Shown here: positions 27,589-36,023 of the stretch, piece after piece | Position numbering within the stretch: the stretch's first letter is position 1 | Layout of the letters: every line of letters begins with the position of its first letter | Assembly (NCBI GenBank): GCA_049691535.1 | Contig: JBAVNY010000446.1 | Span: 1 to 36,023, forward strand | DNA from: Candidatus Acidiferrum sp. | Lineage (GTDB): Bacteria; Acidobacteriota; Terriglobia; Acidiferrales; UBA7541 | Direction: 5' to 3' | DNA: 36,023 nucleotides | Notes under the pieces: generated by a model | The model's database searches: none | What the model saw: the letters and a program-made list of their open reading frames with translations, nothing else | Told to the model about the DNA's origin: nothing | Program-made: the position numbers and the translations under genes

Positions 27589-29196
27589 ATGAAAAGGAAG
27601 ACACGTGCGCCGAAGTTAAGCCCGGAAAGCACCGCCAAAACGTCGAACGTAACTGATTCTAAGGGTCTTATCTCAAGTCGACGAAAATTCATGCAGACTA
27701 CCGCCGGTGCCGGACTGGCCTTGGCAACTTCCTCACTCTCGGCTTGGGCCGATCACCACGGTCACCCCAGCCCGAACAGCATTTCCTATCTCGACCGCCG
27801 CATGTACATCCGCAATATGGAAGTGCTGGCGCATCTGCCTGGCGAAAACCGCCACGGGAAAATGCAGATGATGTCGATCGGCAATCGTCGCTACATGTTT
27901 CAGCAAGGCGACGTCGTCGATATCAGCGATGTCCGCAAGCCAGCCGTCTTCAACAAAAAAGGATTCGACGGCGCGCAGGTGCAGGTGGCCTACAACAAGG
28001 ATCTCAAAAAGTGGATCCTGATGACTGGTTCGCAGACGCCCATCACCGACTCCACCCCGGAAGCGCCGATGGGCAAGTACGACGATCCTCATCTGGACGA
28101 CAAACGCAAGAATTTTAAGGGCCTGCGTGGCGTGCGTTTTTACGATGTCACCGATCCTTCCAAGATCGTGAAGCTCTCCGAATTCAGCACCGGCGCTACC
28201 GGTCAAGGGACGCACCGCAACTATTACGACGGCGGAAAATACGCGTATCTCGACACGGCGCCCGATGAATCTTTTATCCACCAGCCGTCGTACTTCCGGC
28301 AGCTCGTCAACGGCAACATGATCGTCGACGCATCAGACCCGGCTGCCGCCAAAGAAGTTTCCATGTGGTGGGTGCCCGGTTCACGCAAGGGCGAAGAGGC
28401 GGAATACAACAAGTGGATGTGGTCGAAACTGGTGCCTCCCAAGGTTGTAGCCGATCAGACTCCTTTTGCTGGCCTGCACGGCCCCGTCTACGTGCCCAAG
28501 AAGTTGGAAGATGGCGGCAATCGCGGATACGGCGCATTCGGTTGCAACGGCTTCATCATTCTTGATCTTTCTGATCCGCAACATCAGAAGGAAATCGGCC
28601 GCTTCGAACCGCCCTCGCAATATTCCGGCATGGGCATCGCCTTCCACACTATTTACTGCGGCATTCTCGACCGCGGCTTCGTGCTCACCAATGGCGAAAC
28701 CACCAATTCCGATTGCAACCAGATTTATCTGCCAAACTGGATCATCGATATTCGCGACGAAGCTCATCCCGTCCCCGTTGCCCAGTTGCCGCGCCCCGTG
28801 CCTCCGCCCGATGCACCGTATCGCGACTTCTGCTTCAAGCGGGGACGATTCGGCGCGCATAATCCGCCGCACCTCAAAGCGCCCGGCAAGCCTCGCCAGG
28901 AATTCATCGCCTATTCCTATTTCATCGCGGGTTTGCGCTGCTACGACATCGGTGATCTCACCAAGCCCGAAGAAGTGGCCTACTTCGTTCCTCCGCAGGG
29001 CGGCGATCTGCAGAAATTCGGCAGCTACGACCGCACCGTGGATAATGTTTTCATCGAGTGGGACCGCAACGTGATTTGGGCCGGCACGGATACGGGCCTT
29101 TACGCGTTGAGCTGCCCGAATCTGGGCAAGCCCATCCTCGATCCGATGCCAGTCACCCAATGGTCGTTGGACAAATTAAACGAAGGTGCGGCCTGA
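27589..29196 (+). CDS. Tat-exported LVIVD-repeat beta-propeller protein, function unknown
   Basis: ATG 27589 follows AAGGAG. SRRKFMQ leader with an h-region and AWA cleavage site. Six LVIVD-like repeats (VVDISD, RFYDVTDP, MIVDASDP, IILDLSDP, WIIDIRDE, RCYDIGDL). Confidence 0.78.
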   Translation: MKRKTRAPKLSPESTAKTSNVTDSKGLISSRRKFMQTTAGAGLALATSSLSAWADHHGHPSPNSISYLDRRMYIRNMEVLAHLPGENRHGKMQMMSIGNRRYMFQQGDVVDISDVRKPAVFNKKGFDGAQVQVAYNKDLKKWILMTGSQTPITDSTPEAPMGKYDDPHLDDKRKNFKGLRGVRFYDVTDPSKIVKLSEFSTGATGQGTHRNYYDGGKYAYLDTAPDESFIHQPSYFRQLVNGNMIVDASDPAAAKEVSMWWVPGSRKGEEAEYNKWMWSKLVPPKVVADQTPFAGLHGPVYVPKKLEDGGNRGYGAFGCNGFIILDLSDPQHQKEIGRFEPPSQYSGMGIAFHTIYCGILDRGFVLTNGETTNSDCNQIYLPNWIIDIRDEAHPVPVAQLPRPVPPPDAPYRDFCFKRGRFGAHNPPHLKAPGKPRQEFIAYSYFIAGLRCYDIGDLTKPEEVAYFVPPQGGDLQKFGSYDRTVDNVFIEWDRNVIWAGTDTGLYALSCPNLGKPILDPMPVTQWSLDKLNEGAA

Positions 29197-29290
29197 TCAT
29201 TCCAGGCTTACCGCGGTCGAAGCCGCCCTTGACCGCTTATAATTCGCAGCGCGGAAGCATCATGCATTCGGTAGCGCTCGGGAGAATCTC

Positions 29291-30295
29291 ATGAAAATGA
29301 AACTGTGTGTCGCAATTGGCTTGGCCCTCGTCTCGTGTGCGTTTTCTACTCCGGCATTCCCGCAAACTCCTGCGCCACAGAAAATTCATGTCCTCACTCT
29401 GCTGGGGCGGCCCATTCAATTCACGATTGCCGACAAGCAGGGATACTTCAAGAAATACGGCGTCGAGGTCGAAACCGACAACAAGAAAAACTCCGACGAA
29501 TTGCGTGCCGATCTCGCCGCAGGCAAGGGCGATCTCGCCTATCTTGCCGTCGACAACGCCGTCGCCATGGTGGAATTGGCCAAAGTAGACGTCGTGATCT
29601 TAATGGGCGCCGAGGGCTCGCAAAATGAGCTGATCGCCCAGCCAGACATCAAGTCTATATCCGACCTGCGCGGCAAAACACTGATCGTCGATGCGCCCAA
29701 CACTGCATACGCTCTGCAGATGAAGAAAATCCTCTCGCAGAACGGTTTGCAACCCGGCAAAGATTACGAAATCAAGCCATTCGGCGCCACCCCGCAACGC
29801 CTCGTGGCACTCCGCGAACATAAGGAATATGCGGGTTCGATGCTCGGTCCTCCGACTTCGCTGGTCGCGAAGCATGAGGGCTTCGTCAGCCTCGGTTCAG
29901 TGCAGAAACTGATTGGCCCCTATCAGGCCGCAGGATTTTTCACTCTGCGCGATTGGGCCAAAGGACATCGCGACACGGTCGTGCCATTCCTCGCCGCATG
30001 CATCGAAGCGCAGCGCTGGCTGATGGCGCCCGCCAACAAGCAGCAGGTGATCGATCTACTGGTCAGCGACTACCATTTGACTCCGGAAATCGCCGCAGAC
30101 ACGTATGAGACGAGCATGTCGCAGCCTGGCGGCTACAGCAAAGATGCTCAGTTCGATCTGGACGGATTCAAGAATGTTCTGAAGTTGCGCGCGGATGTAG
30201 AAGGGCAGTGGGGCGGCCATCCTCCCTCGCCCGACAAATATTACGACCCGTCGTATTACGACGCCGCGCTAACAAAAATTAGGAGCACCCGATGA
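29291..30295 (+). CDS. ABC-type substrate-binding protein, SsuA/TauA/NMT1(THI5)-like
   Basis: Signal peptide, then IADKQGYFKKYGVEVE, DIKSISDLRGKTL, ILSQNGLQPGKDY, GATPQRLVAL motifs. Confidence 0.85.
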   Translation: MKMKLCVAIGLALVSCAFSTPAFPQTPAPQKIHVLTLLGRPIQFTIADKQGYFKKYGVEVETDNKKNSDELRADLAAGKGDLAYLAVDNAVAMVELAKVDVVILMGAEGSQNELIAQPDIKSISDLRGKTLIVDAPNTAYALQMKKILSQNGLQPGKDYEIKPFGATPQRLVALREHKEYAGSMLGPPTSLVAKHEGFVSLGSVQKLIGPYQAAGFFTLRDWAKGHRDTVVPFLAACIEAQRWLMAPANKQQVIDLLVSDYHLTPEIAADTYETSMSQPGGYSKDAQFDLDGFKNVLKLRADVEGQWGGHPPSPDKYYDPSYYDAALTKIRSTR

Positions 30296-31533
30296 GGAGA
30301 ATACCTTTGCGCTACCCAAAGATAATGATGCTATGTGCCGTTGCCTTCACCCTGATTTCTGCAAGCGCTGCTTTCGCTCAGCAGAAAGAACGTACCCTCG
30401 ACGAAATCAAAATCGAGGCCATGAAGCGCGCGGACAATGGCATGTACCCGCTCATCGGCCTCGATCCCGCCGACGTTCGCGAAGCCTTCGCGCACATCAA
30501 TACCAGCAGCGACGACGAATGGGCCGCCGCCTTTAGTGCCGTCGCCGATAAATATATGAACGAAGCGAAATCCCTTCTCGCATCCGATCCGGCTAAGGCC
30601 GATGCCGACTTCGTTCGCGCCTGGCGCCTCTATTCCTTCGGACGCTGGCCCGTGCCTTCCTCGCCCGGCAAGAAGCAAGCTTACGCCAAAGCGCTCGAAG
30701 CTTTTCTAGCCCACGCCAAAATGATGGACCCGCCCCTCGAGGTCGTGCACATCCCCTTCGAAAACTCCGAGATTGTTGGCTACCTCCGCCTTCCTAAAAA
30801 TGCCAAGGGACCCGTGCCGGTCGTTATTGCGATCAGCGGTTTAGACAGCCGCAAGGAAGATCTCACGCAAAATTTTGGCGTGGTCCTTCCTTATGGTATT
30901 GGTTTCATCGGTGTGGATTCCGCAGGTACCGGTCAGGCACCCATCAAAGCCAGCGAAACTGCGGACCGTATGTATTCGAAGGTCATCGATTATCTGCAAA
31001 CCCGCCCGGAAGTCGATAAGTCCCGCATCGGTGTCGACGGCCAGAGCTTTGGCGCCTATTGGGCCACTAAACTGGCCATTCTTGAGCACACTCGCCTGAA
31101 AGCCGTCGTCGCCCAATCGCCGCCAATTGACGCCAGCTTCGACAAAGACTTCGTCATCAACAAAACTCTCGGTAATCGCGAATACCTCTTCGGCTTAGGT
31201 CCCGCGCTCACCTCGATTATGGAAGGTGCAAAATCCGTCGATGACCTGCCGAATATTTTTCCCAAGTTATCTCTCGTCAAGCAGGGCCTGATCGGCAAGC
31301 CCACTACGCCCATGCTCGTCATTGCCGGCGCGCTTGATACCCAGGTGCCCATTTCCGATACCTACTTGTTGCTGAGCAGCGGCGACGTGCCTAAAGAGGC
31401 GTGGATTAATCCGCAAGGCGGACATCTTGGCCGGCAAGTGAGGATCTGGCCCGACCCGGTCATCTTTCGCAAAATCCTGGTACCGTGGCTCGTTCGTACC
31501 TTGGAAGTAGCTCCAACCACCGACACACACTAA
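30292..31533 (+). CDS. Secreted alpha/beta hydrolase (FrsA/DUF1100, 2,6-dihydroxypseudooxynicotine-hydrolase-like family)
   Basis: Signal peptide ending AFA and a helical N-domain. IVGYLRLP, ISGLDSRKED, GTGQAP, nucleophile GQSFG, Asp in GALDTQVP, His in GGHLG. ATGA overlap with the binding protein. Confidence 0.85.
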   Translation: MRRIPLRYPKIMMLCAVAFTLISASAAFAQQKERTLDEIKIEAMKRADNGMYPLIGLDPADVREAFAHINTSSDDEWAAAFSAVADKYMNEAKSLLASDPAKADADFVRAWRLYSFGRWPVPSSPGKKQAYAKALEAFLAHAKMMDPPLEVVHIPFENSEIVGYLRLPKNAKGPVPVVIAISGLDSRKEDLTQNFGVVLPYGIGFIGVDSAGTGQAPIKASETADRMYSKVIDYLQTRPEVDKSRIGVDGQSFGAYWATKLAILEHTRLKAVVAQSPPIDASFDKDFVINKTLGNREYLFGLGPALTSIMEGAKSVDDLPNIFPKLSLVKQGLIGKPTTPMLVIAGALDTQVPISDTYLLLSSGDVPKEAWINPQGGHLGRQVRIWPDPVIFRKILVPWLVRTLEVAPTTDTH

Positions 31534-31563
31534 ATCGAGCTGATCTCGACAGCGTATCATTCG

Positions 31564-33801
31564 TTATGCCCAGGAATACCCATGCTTCACCAATGGCAGT
31601 GACCGAATCCGCTTTCCGGTCGCTGCAAAAATCGCATTGCAAACCGCGGGTAACACCGGTGGCAGCGCCGGCTCCCCCAATCCCGTAGGCGGATTGTCGG
31701 TGCGCAAAAATTCCACTTCAATGCCTCCCGGCAGCTCATTCATGCGCATCGGCGTATATTCGTGGAAATTACTTTGCATCGCGCGCCCGCGGTCAATCGT
31801 GATTTCGTAACTCATTACCGAGCTCAGCCCTTCCAGCACCGCGCCGCGCACCTGCTGGTCCGCGTTACTCGGATTGATCACGTGGCTACCGATATCGCCC
31901 ACCACCCAAATCTTGTTGATCTTCACCGCATTCTTCGCATCGACATGCAGGTTCACAACTTCCGCGAAATAGCCCAGATGCGAAAATTGAAACGCCACAC
32001 CCATGCCGGCGCCATTCCCTGATTTCCGTCCCGCCCATCCCGATTTCTCCGCAACCTGTTTCAACACGCCTTGCATCCGCGCCGGTTCGAAGTTTCGCGA
32101 GAACGGATCAGGCTTTACGTCCGGCGTCGTGATCCGCGGCAAGCCCAGCACATCCATACGGAATTGCACTGGATCCTTGCCCGCCGCATATGCCATCTCG
32201 TCGATGAACGACTGAAACACCCACGAATACGCATTGCTACGCGGTGCGCGCAGCGCATAGGTAGGCACACCCAGTGGCATCAGCGAAGCGCCAAAATAAA
32301 AATTAGCTACCAGCGTGCCTGGAAACTCGTTGCCGGGAATATTGGCCGACGGCGCGAACTGTTCGCCCTCTCCGAACGTTACGAAATGATTCTTCCAAGC
32401 CACCAGTTTGCCGCTACCGTCCACTCCGGCCTTCAAGAAGTGAAAACCTGCTGGCCGGTAATGGTCGTGATGGAAATCGTCTTCCCGTGTCCACAGCAAC
32501 TTCACCGGTACGCCCGCCTGCTTGGCAATTGCTGCCGCTTCCAGCATGTAATCGTTCGTCAGACGCCGTCCAAACCCGCCGCCCGCGCGTTTCATGTGCA
32601 CAATGATGTCGTCATGCGGAATTCCCAGCACTTTGGAAACTTGCATGCGTCCCGATTCCGGCGTTTGGCTCGGCGACCAGAATTCCAGCTTTCCATCGTG
32701 GAAGTGCGCCAGGCAGTTTTCCGGCTCCATCGGTGCATGTGCGATAAAGGGATACACGTACTCGGCTTCGACCACCTTCGTCGCCGATTGCAGCGCTGCG
32801 TCCGCGTCCCCGTCTTTGCGCAGCGTCACCGTCGGCGCTTGTTTCGACAACTCTTCCGCGCGACGCAGAAACCCCGCGCTGCTTTGTTCTGCTGTCGCCC
32901 CTTCGTTCCACTTGATCTGCAGCTTCTTCCGTGCGCTATTCGCTTGCCACCACGTATCCGAAAGAATGGCCACACCTGCGTGCAATCCCAATAGCTCGGT
33001 CGTTCCTTCAATCACGAACGCCTGTTTCACTCCCGGCAGCGACTTGATCTCCTCCACATTCGCGCTCACCACTTTGCCCGCAAACACCGGGCACTTCTCG
33101 TAAACCGCCCAAAGCATACCCGGCACGCGGAAATCAATACTGTAGATGGGCTTTCCCGCAACAATCGAGGTCACGTCCACGCCGCGCGTCGCCTTCCCGA
33201 TAATCTTGAAGTCCTTCGGATCTTTTAGCGTTAGCGACTTCAAATCGGGTGGCGTCATCGTCGCCGCCTTTTCCGCCAACGCTCCATACGCCAGCGTACG
33301 TTTCGTACTGGTGTGCGTCACCTGTCCCGACGACGTCTCGCACTCCGATTCCGTTACCGACCATGTTTGTGCTGCTGCGGCCACAAACATTTGCCTGCAC
33401 GCCGCACCCACGCGCCGCAGCGGGTCCCAGTTCACCGGCGTCGACGTGCTGCCTCCCGCGCGCTGCGGTCCATACTTTGTCTCATCCAAATCCGCCTGCT
33501 CCACGCGCACGTCTTTCCAATCCACATCGAATTCTTCCGCGATAATCATCGGCAGATGGGTTTTTACTCCCTGTCCAATTTCTGGGTTTTTCGCCATGAT
33601 GGTCACGGTGCCGTCCGCCGCCACGCGAATAAATGCGGACGCAACAAAGTTGGGGGTCGGTGGCTGCGGAGCTTGCCCTTGCGCCATTCCGGCGATTGCC
33701 GAGAGTGCCGCGGGCTGCGCATGATACGCCAGCAGGAATCCGCCTCCTGCTACCGCCGACACCCGCAGAAACGAGCGTCGATCAAGGCCTTTCGTGGACA
33801 T
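31564..33801 (-). CDS. Second xanthine dehydrogenase family Mo-binding subunit (IorB-like), Tat signal
   Basis: 745 aa. DRRSFLR leader, [41 protein letters not shown], and catalytic GLGEP. Confidence 0.93.
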   Translation of the reverse strand: MSTKGLDRRSFLRVSAVAGGGFLLAYHAQPAALSAIAGMAQGQAPQPPTPNFVASAFIRVAADGTVTIMAKNPEIGQGVKTHLPMIIAEEFDVDWKDVRVEQADLDETKYGPQRAGGSTSTPVNWDPLRRVGAACRQMFVAAAAQTWSVTESECETSSGQVTHTSTKRTLAYGALAEKAATMTPPDLKSLTLKDPKDFKIIGKATRGVDVTSIVAGKPIYSIDFRVPGMLWAVYEKCPVFAGKVVSANVEEIKSLPGVKQAFVIEGTTELLGLHAGVAILSDTWWQANSARKKLQIKWNEGATAEQSSAGFLRRAEELSKQAPTVTLRKDGDADAALQSATKVVEAEYVYPFIAHAPMEPENCLAHFHDGKLEFWSPSQTPESGRMQVSKVLGIPHDDIIVHMKRAGGGFGRRLTNDYMLEAAAIAKQAGVPVKLLWTREDDFHHDHYRPAGFHFLKAGVDGSGKLVAWKNHFVTFGEGEQFAPSANIPGNEFPGTLVANFYFGASLMPLGVPTYALRAPRSNAYSWVFQSFIDEMAYAAGKDPVQFRMDVLGLPRITTPDVKPDPFSRNFEPARMQGVLKQVAEKSGWAGRKSGNGAGMGVAFQFSHLGYFAEVVNLHVDAKNAVKINKIWVVGDIGSHVINPSNADQQVRGAVLEGLSSVMSYEITIDRGRAMQSNFHEYTPMRMNELPGGIEVEFLRTDNPPTGLGEPALPPVLPAVCNAIFAATGKRIRSLPLVKHGYSWA

Positions 33802-33881
33802 GGAGCCTCCGTGAATTAAAAAACGCGGTGACTGCTTAGCTGGGTTCTGGCAGCACTACGAGTACAAGAGTGTAACGCCAC

Positions 33882-35192
33882 TCACTCCAAAACGGTTTCA
33901 CTGTTTTCTTCCGGGTGCGCCATCACTTCGTTCATCTTGGCGGTATCCAATTCGCCCTGCCAGCGGCTGACCACTAAGGTCGCCACACCATTGCCCACCA
34001 CATTCGTCAGCGCGCGGCACTCGCTCATAAATTTTTCGATGCCCACCAGCAGCGCCAGCGATTGCACCGGAATCGAGGGCACCGCAGCAAGTATCGCCGC
34101 CAGCGTCACAAAACCTGTGCCCGTCACGCCGGACCCGCCCTTCGAAGCAAACAGCGCGAATAGCAAGATTCCCGCGATTTGCCCAAAGGAAAGATGCGTG
34201 TTCGTTGCTTGCGCCAAAAACAACGCCGAGAGTGTTAGGTAAATATTTGTCCCGTCCGTGTTGAACACGTAGCCCGTCGGAAATACCAGGCCCACCACCG
34301 AGCGCGGCGCGCCCAGCCGCTCCAGCTTGCGCATCATGTCCGGCAAAACGCTTTCCGACGAACTCGTCCCCAGCACGATCAGCAATTCATCTTTGATGTA
34401 TGCCAAAAATCGGAAAATCGAGAAGCCCGCAAGATACGCGATAATTCCCAACACGAATACCACAAAAATAAAACTGGTCAAGTAGAACGTGCCCAGCAGC
34501 TTCACCAGATTCGACAGCGACGCCATTCCATAACTGCCCACCGTAAACGCCATGCCCCCCAGCGCTCCCAGCGGCGCCACCCGCACTACGATCCGCACTA
34601 TGCCAAATACAACTTTGTTCAGCGTTTCAATGCCGCGCAACAGTTTCTGCCCCACGGCTCCCATCTGCGCGATCGCGAATCCCGTCAAAATCGAAATCAG
34701 TAGCACCTGCGGCACTTCGCCGCTGGCCAGCGCGCCGACATACGTCTGCGGAATAAATCCCAGCAGGAACGGAATCAGCCCGGTCTCTTTCGCGCGGCCC
34801 ACGTAAAGCGCCGCGGCCTTAGGATCAAGCGTTGCCGCATCGATATTCAGGCCCGAGCCGGGGTGAAACAGCAGAGCCACCACGATCCCGATTACCAGCG
34901 CAATCGTCGAGACAATTTCGAAATAGATGAGCGCCTTCACACCAACTTTGCCGACGCTCTTCAGATCGCTCATCGAAGCGATCCCCTGCACAATCACACA
35001 GAAAATTACTGGTGCAATCATCATCCGGATCAACGACACGAACGCGTCGCCCAGCGGCTTAAGCGCGATACCTGTTTTGGGATAAAAGTGACCGACGCAG
35101 ATTCCGATCACGACCGCGATAAGCACCTGAATATACAAAACGCTGTACCATGGCTTACGTTTCTTCATGGTCCGCGTTGTGGCTGTGCTCAC
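33882..35192 (-). CDS. dctA: C4-dicarboxylate:cation symporter (DctA-like), copy 2
   Basis: [55 protein letters not shown] motifs. Confidence 0.87.
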   Translation of the reverse strand: MSTATTRTMKKRKPWYSVLYIQVLIAVVIGICVGHFYPKTGIALKPLGDAFVSLIRMMIAPVIFCVIVQGIASMSDLKSVGKVGVKALIYFEIVSTIALVIGIVVALLFHPGSGLNIDAATLDPKAAALYVGRAKETGLIPFLLGFIPQTYVGALASGEVPQVLLISILTGFAIAQMGAVGQKLLRGIETLNKVVFGIVRIVVRVAPLGALGGMAFTVGSYGMASLSNLVKLLGTFYLTSFIFVVFVLGIIAYLAGFSIFRFLAYIKDELLIVLGTSSSESVLPDMMRKLERLGAPRSVVGLVFPTGYVFNTDGTNIYLTLSALFLAQATNTHLSFGQIAGILLFALFASKGGSGVTGTGFVTLAAILAAVPSIPVQSLALLVGIEKFMSECRALTNVVGNGVATLVVSRWQGELDTAKMNEVMAHPEENSETVLE

Positions 35193-35251
35193 TCGTTATC
35201 TCCGCTTCACTGTTCCGGTCGACTTGCTGCCAACAGCCTTCCAAAGTTGCG

Positions 35252-36023
35252 TCAACAGACGCCGTGAAGCGGTGGCTGATCTTCAATCAATACGCGCGCG
35301 ACGTTGCGCCACGCCGAACGAAACAGAAATGCTGCAGACTGCCGAGTGACGCCGGCAATGTGTGGAGTGAAAAGTACGCGCCGCGCTGCATCCCCATGCA
35401 GCGTAAGCAATGGATTATTCGCGTCCGGAGGCTCAGTGGAATAAACATCAACAGCAGCGCCACCCAGCCGCCCGGCATTCAACGTGCCCGCCAGCGCCGC
35501 TTCGTCTACAATGCCGCCTCGCGATGTCTGAATGAGTACCGCATCCGATTTCATCAACGCGAACTCGCGTGCACCGATCATCCCTTTTGTTGCAGGAAGC
35601 AGTGGTACATGAAGCGTGATGACATCCGACATTCGTAACACTTCCTCGAGAGAAACCGATTGCGCGCCGAGTGGTTCCGTAAATTGCGGATCGCGCGTTA
35701 CCGTGTCGTAAAACAGAATCTGACAATCGCGCTTGTGAAACGCTTCTGCAACGGCCATCCCGATGACCCCAAATCCGACTACCCCTACCGTCAATCCTTC
35801 CAACCCTGCAAGATTATCGGTCAACATCCGCGCACGGAATTCTCGATAGCGGCCGGCCCGGATTTCAGCGTCGGCCCACCCGAATCGCCGCAGCAGCAAG
35901 CTTGCTGTCGTCACCACATACTCTGCCACCGCCGCATTGCTTCCCCCCGGCACGTTGGCAGCCGTGATTCCGAGGTGCTTCAGATGTGCGATATCCAGTC
36001 GATCAAGCCCCGCACCGGTCACC
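35252..36023 (-). CDS. D-isomer-specific 2-hydroxyacid dehydrogenase (SerA-like), 5' end outside the window
   Basis: GAGLDRLD, NAAVAEY, GVVGFGVIG, TLHVPL, SRGGIVDE, DVYSTEP, TPHIAG motifs. Confidence 0.9.
   Translation of the reverse strand, partial: VTGAGLDRLDIAHLKHLGITAANVPGGSNAAVAEYVVTTASLLLRRFGWADAEIRAGRYREFRARMLTDNLAGLEGLTVGVVGFGVIGMAVAEAFHKRDCQILFYDTVTRDPQFTEPLGAQSVSLEEVLRMSDVITLHVPLLPATKGMIGAREFALMKSDAVLIQTSRGGIVDEAALAGTLNAGRLGGAAVDVYSTEPPDANNPLLTLHGDAARRVLFTPHIAGVTRQSAAFLFRSAWRNVARVLIEDQPPLHGVC

Noticed and set aside
8702..33801. Assignment as the known nicotine/nicotinate pathway or aerobic CO dehydrogenase
   Set aside because: No recognisable hydroxypyridine monooxygenase/dioxygenase, deformylase or maleate isomerase. 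No CoxL AYxCSFR motif and no CoxM.
1..36023. CRISPR arrays, tRNA/rRNA, IS/integrase, defence systems
   Set aside because: No repeat-spacer periodicity, RNA gene signatures, or transposase/nuclease motifs were seen. Intergenic gaps are all about 300 bp or shorter.

Overview
Bacterial chromosomal window, roughly 55-60% GC by eye. Gene style suggests Acidobacteriota, but this is an unverified inference. The left end (1-4000) is housekeeping: a 3'-truncated topA, missed by the ORF track and carrying two Lys-rich insertions, and a dprA broken by a 1-nt frameshift. A secreted phosphoesterase and a secreted amidohydrolase follow. From ~8.1 kb to the right edge is a large catabolic/redox island. It holds two Tat-exported xanthine-dehydrogenase-family (IorB-like) Mo subunits, one 2x[2Fe-2S] subunit and no FAD subunit, flanked by a soluble ActA/QrcA-like pentaheme cytochrome and a monoheme cytochrome c. 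It also has three phytoene-dehydrogenase-like flavoprotein paralogs (one with a twin-arginine leader) and an AcoABC-like 2-oxoacid dehydrogenase operon interrupted by an M24-fold enzyme with an Asp-to-Cys metal-ligand change. The rest comprises a beta-hydroxyacid dehydrogenase, SSADH, two DctA-type transporters, and an exported trio (LVIVD beta-propeller, orphan SsuA/THI5-like binding protein, alpha/beta hydrolase). A FadR-family regulator and four TGGTCnGACCA-type boxes at the island's promoters tie it into one predicted regulon. The substrate cannot be read from sequence. A periplasm-initiated N-heterocycle/amine catabolic pathway ending in succinate/acyl-CoA is the working hypothesis. No rRNA, tRNA, CRISPR array or transposase was seen.
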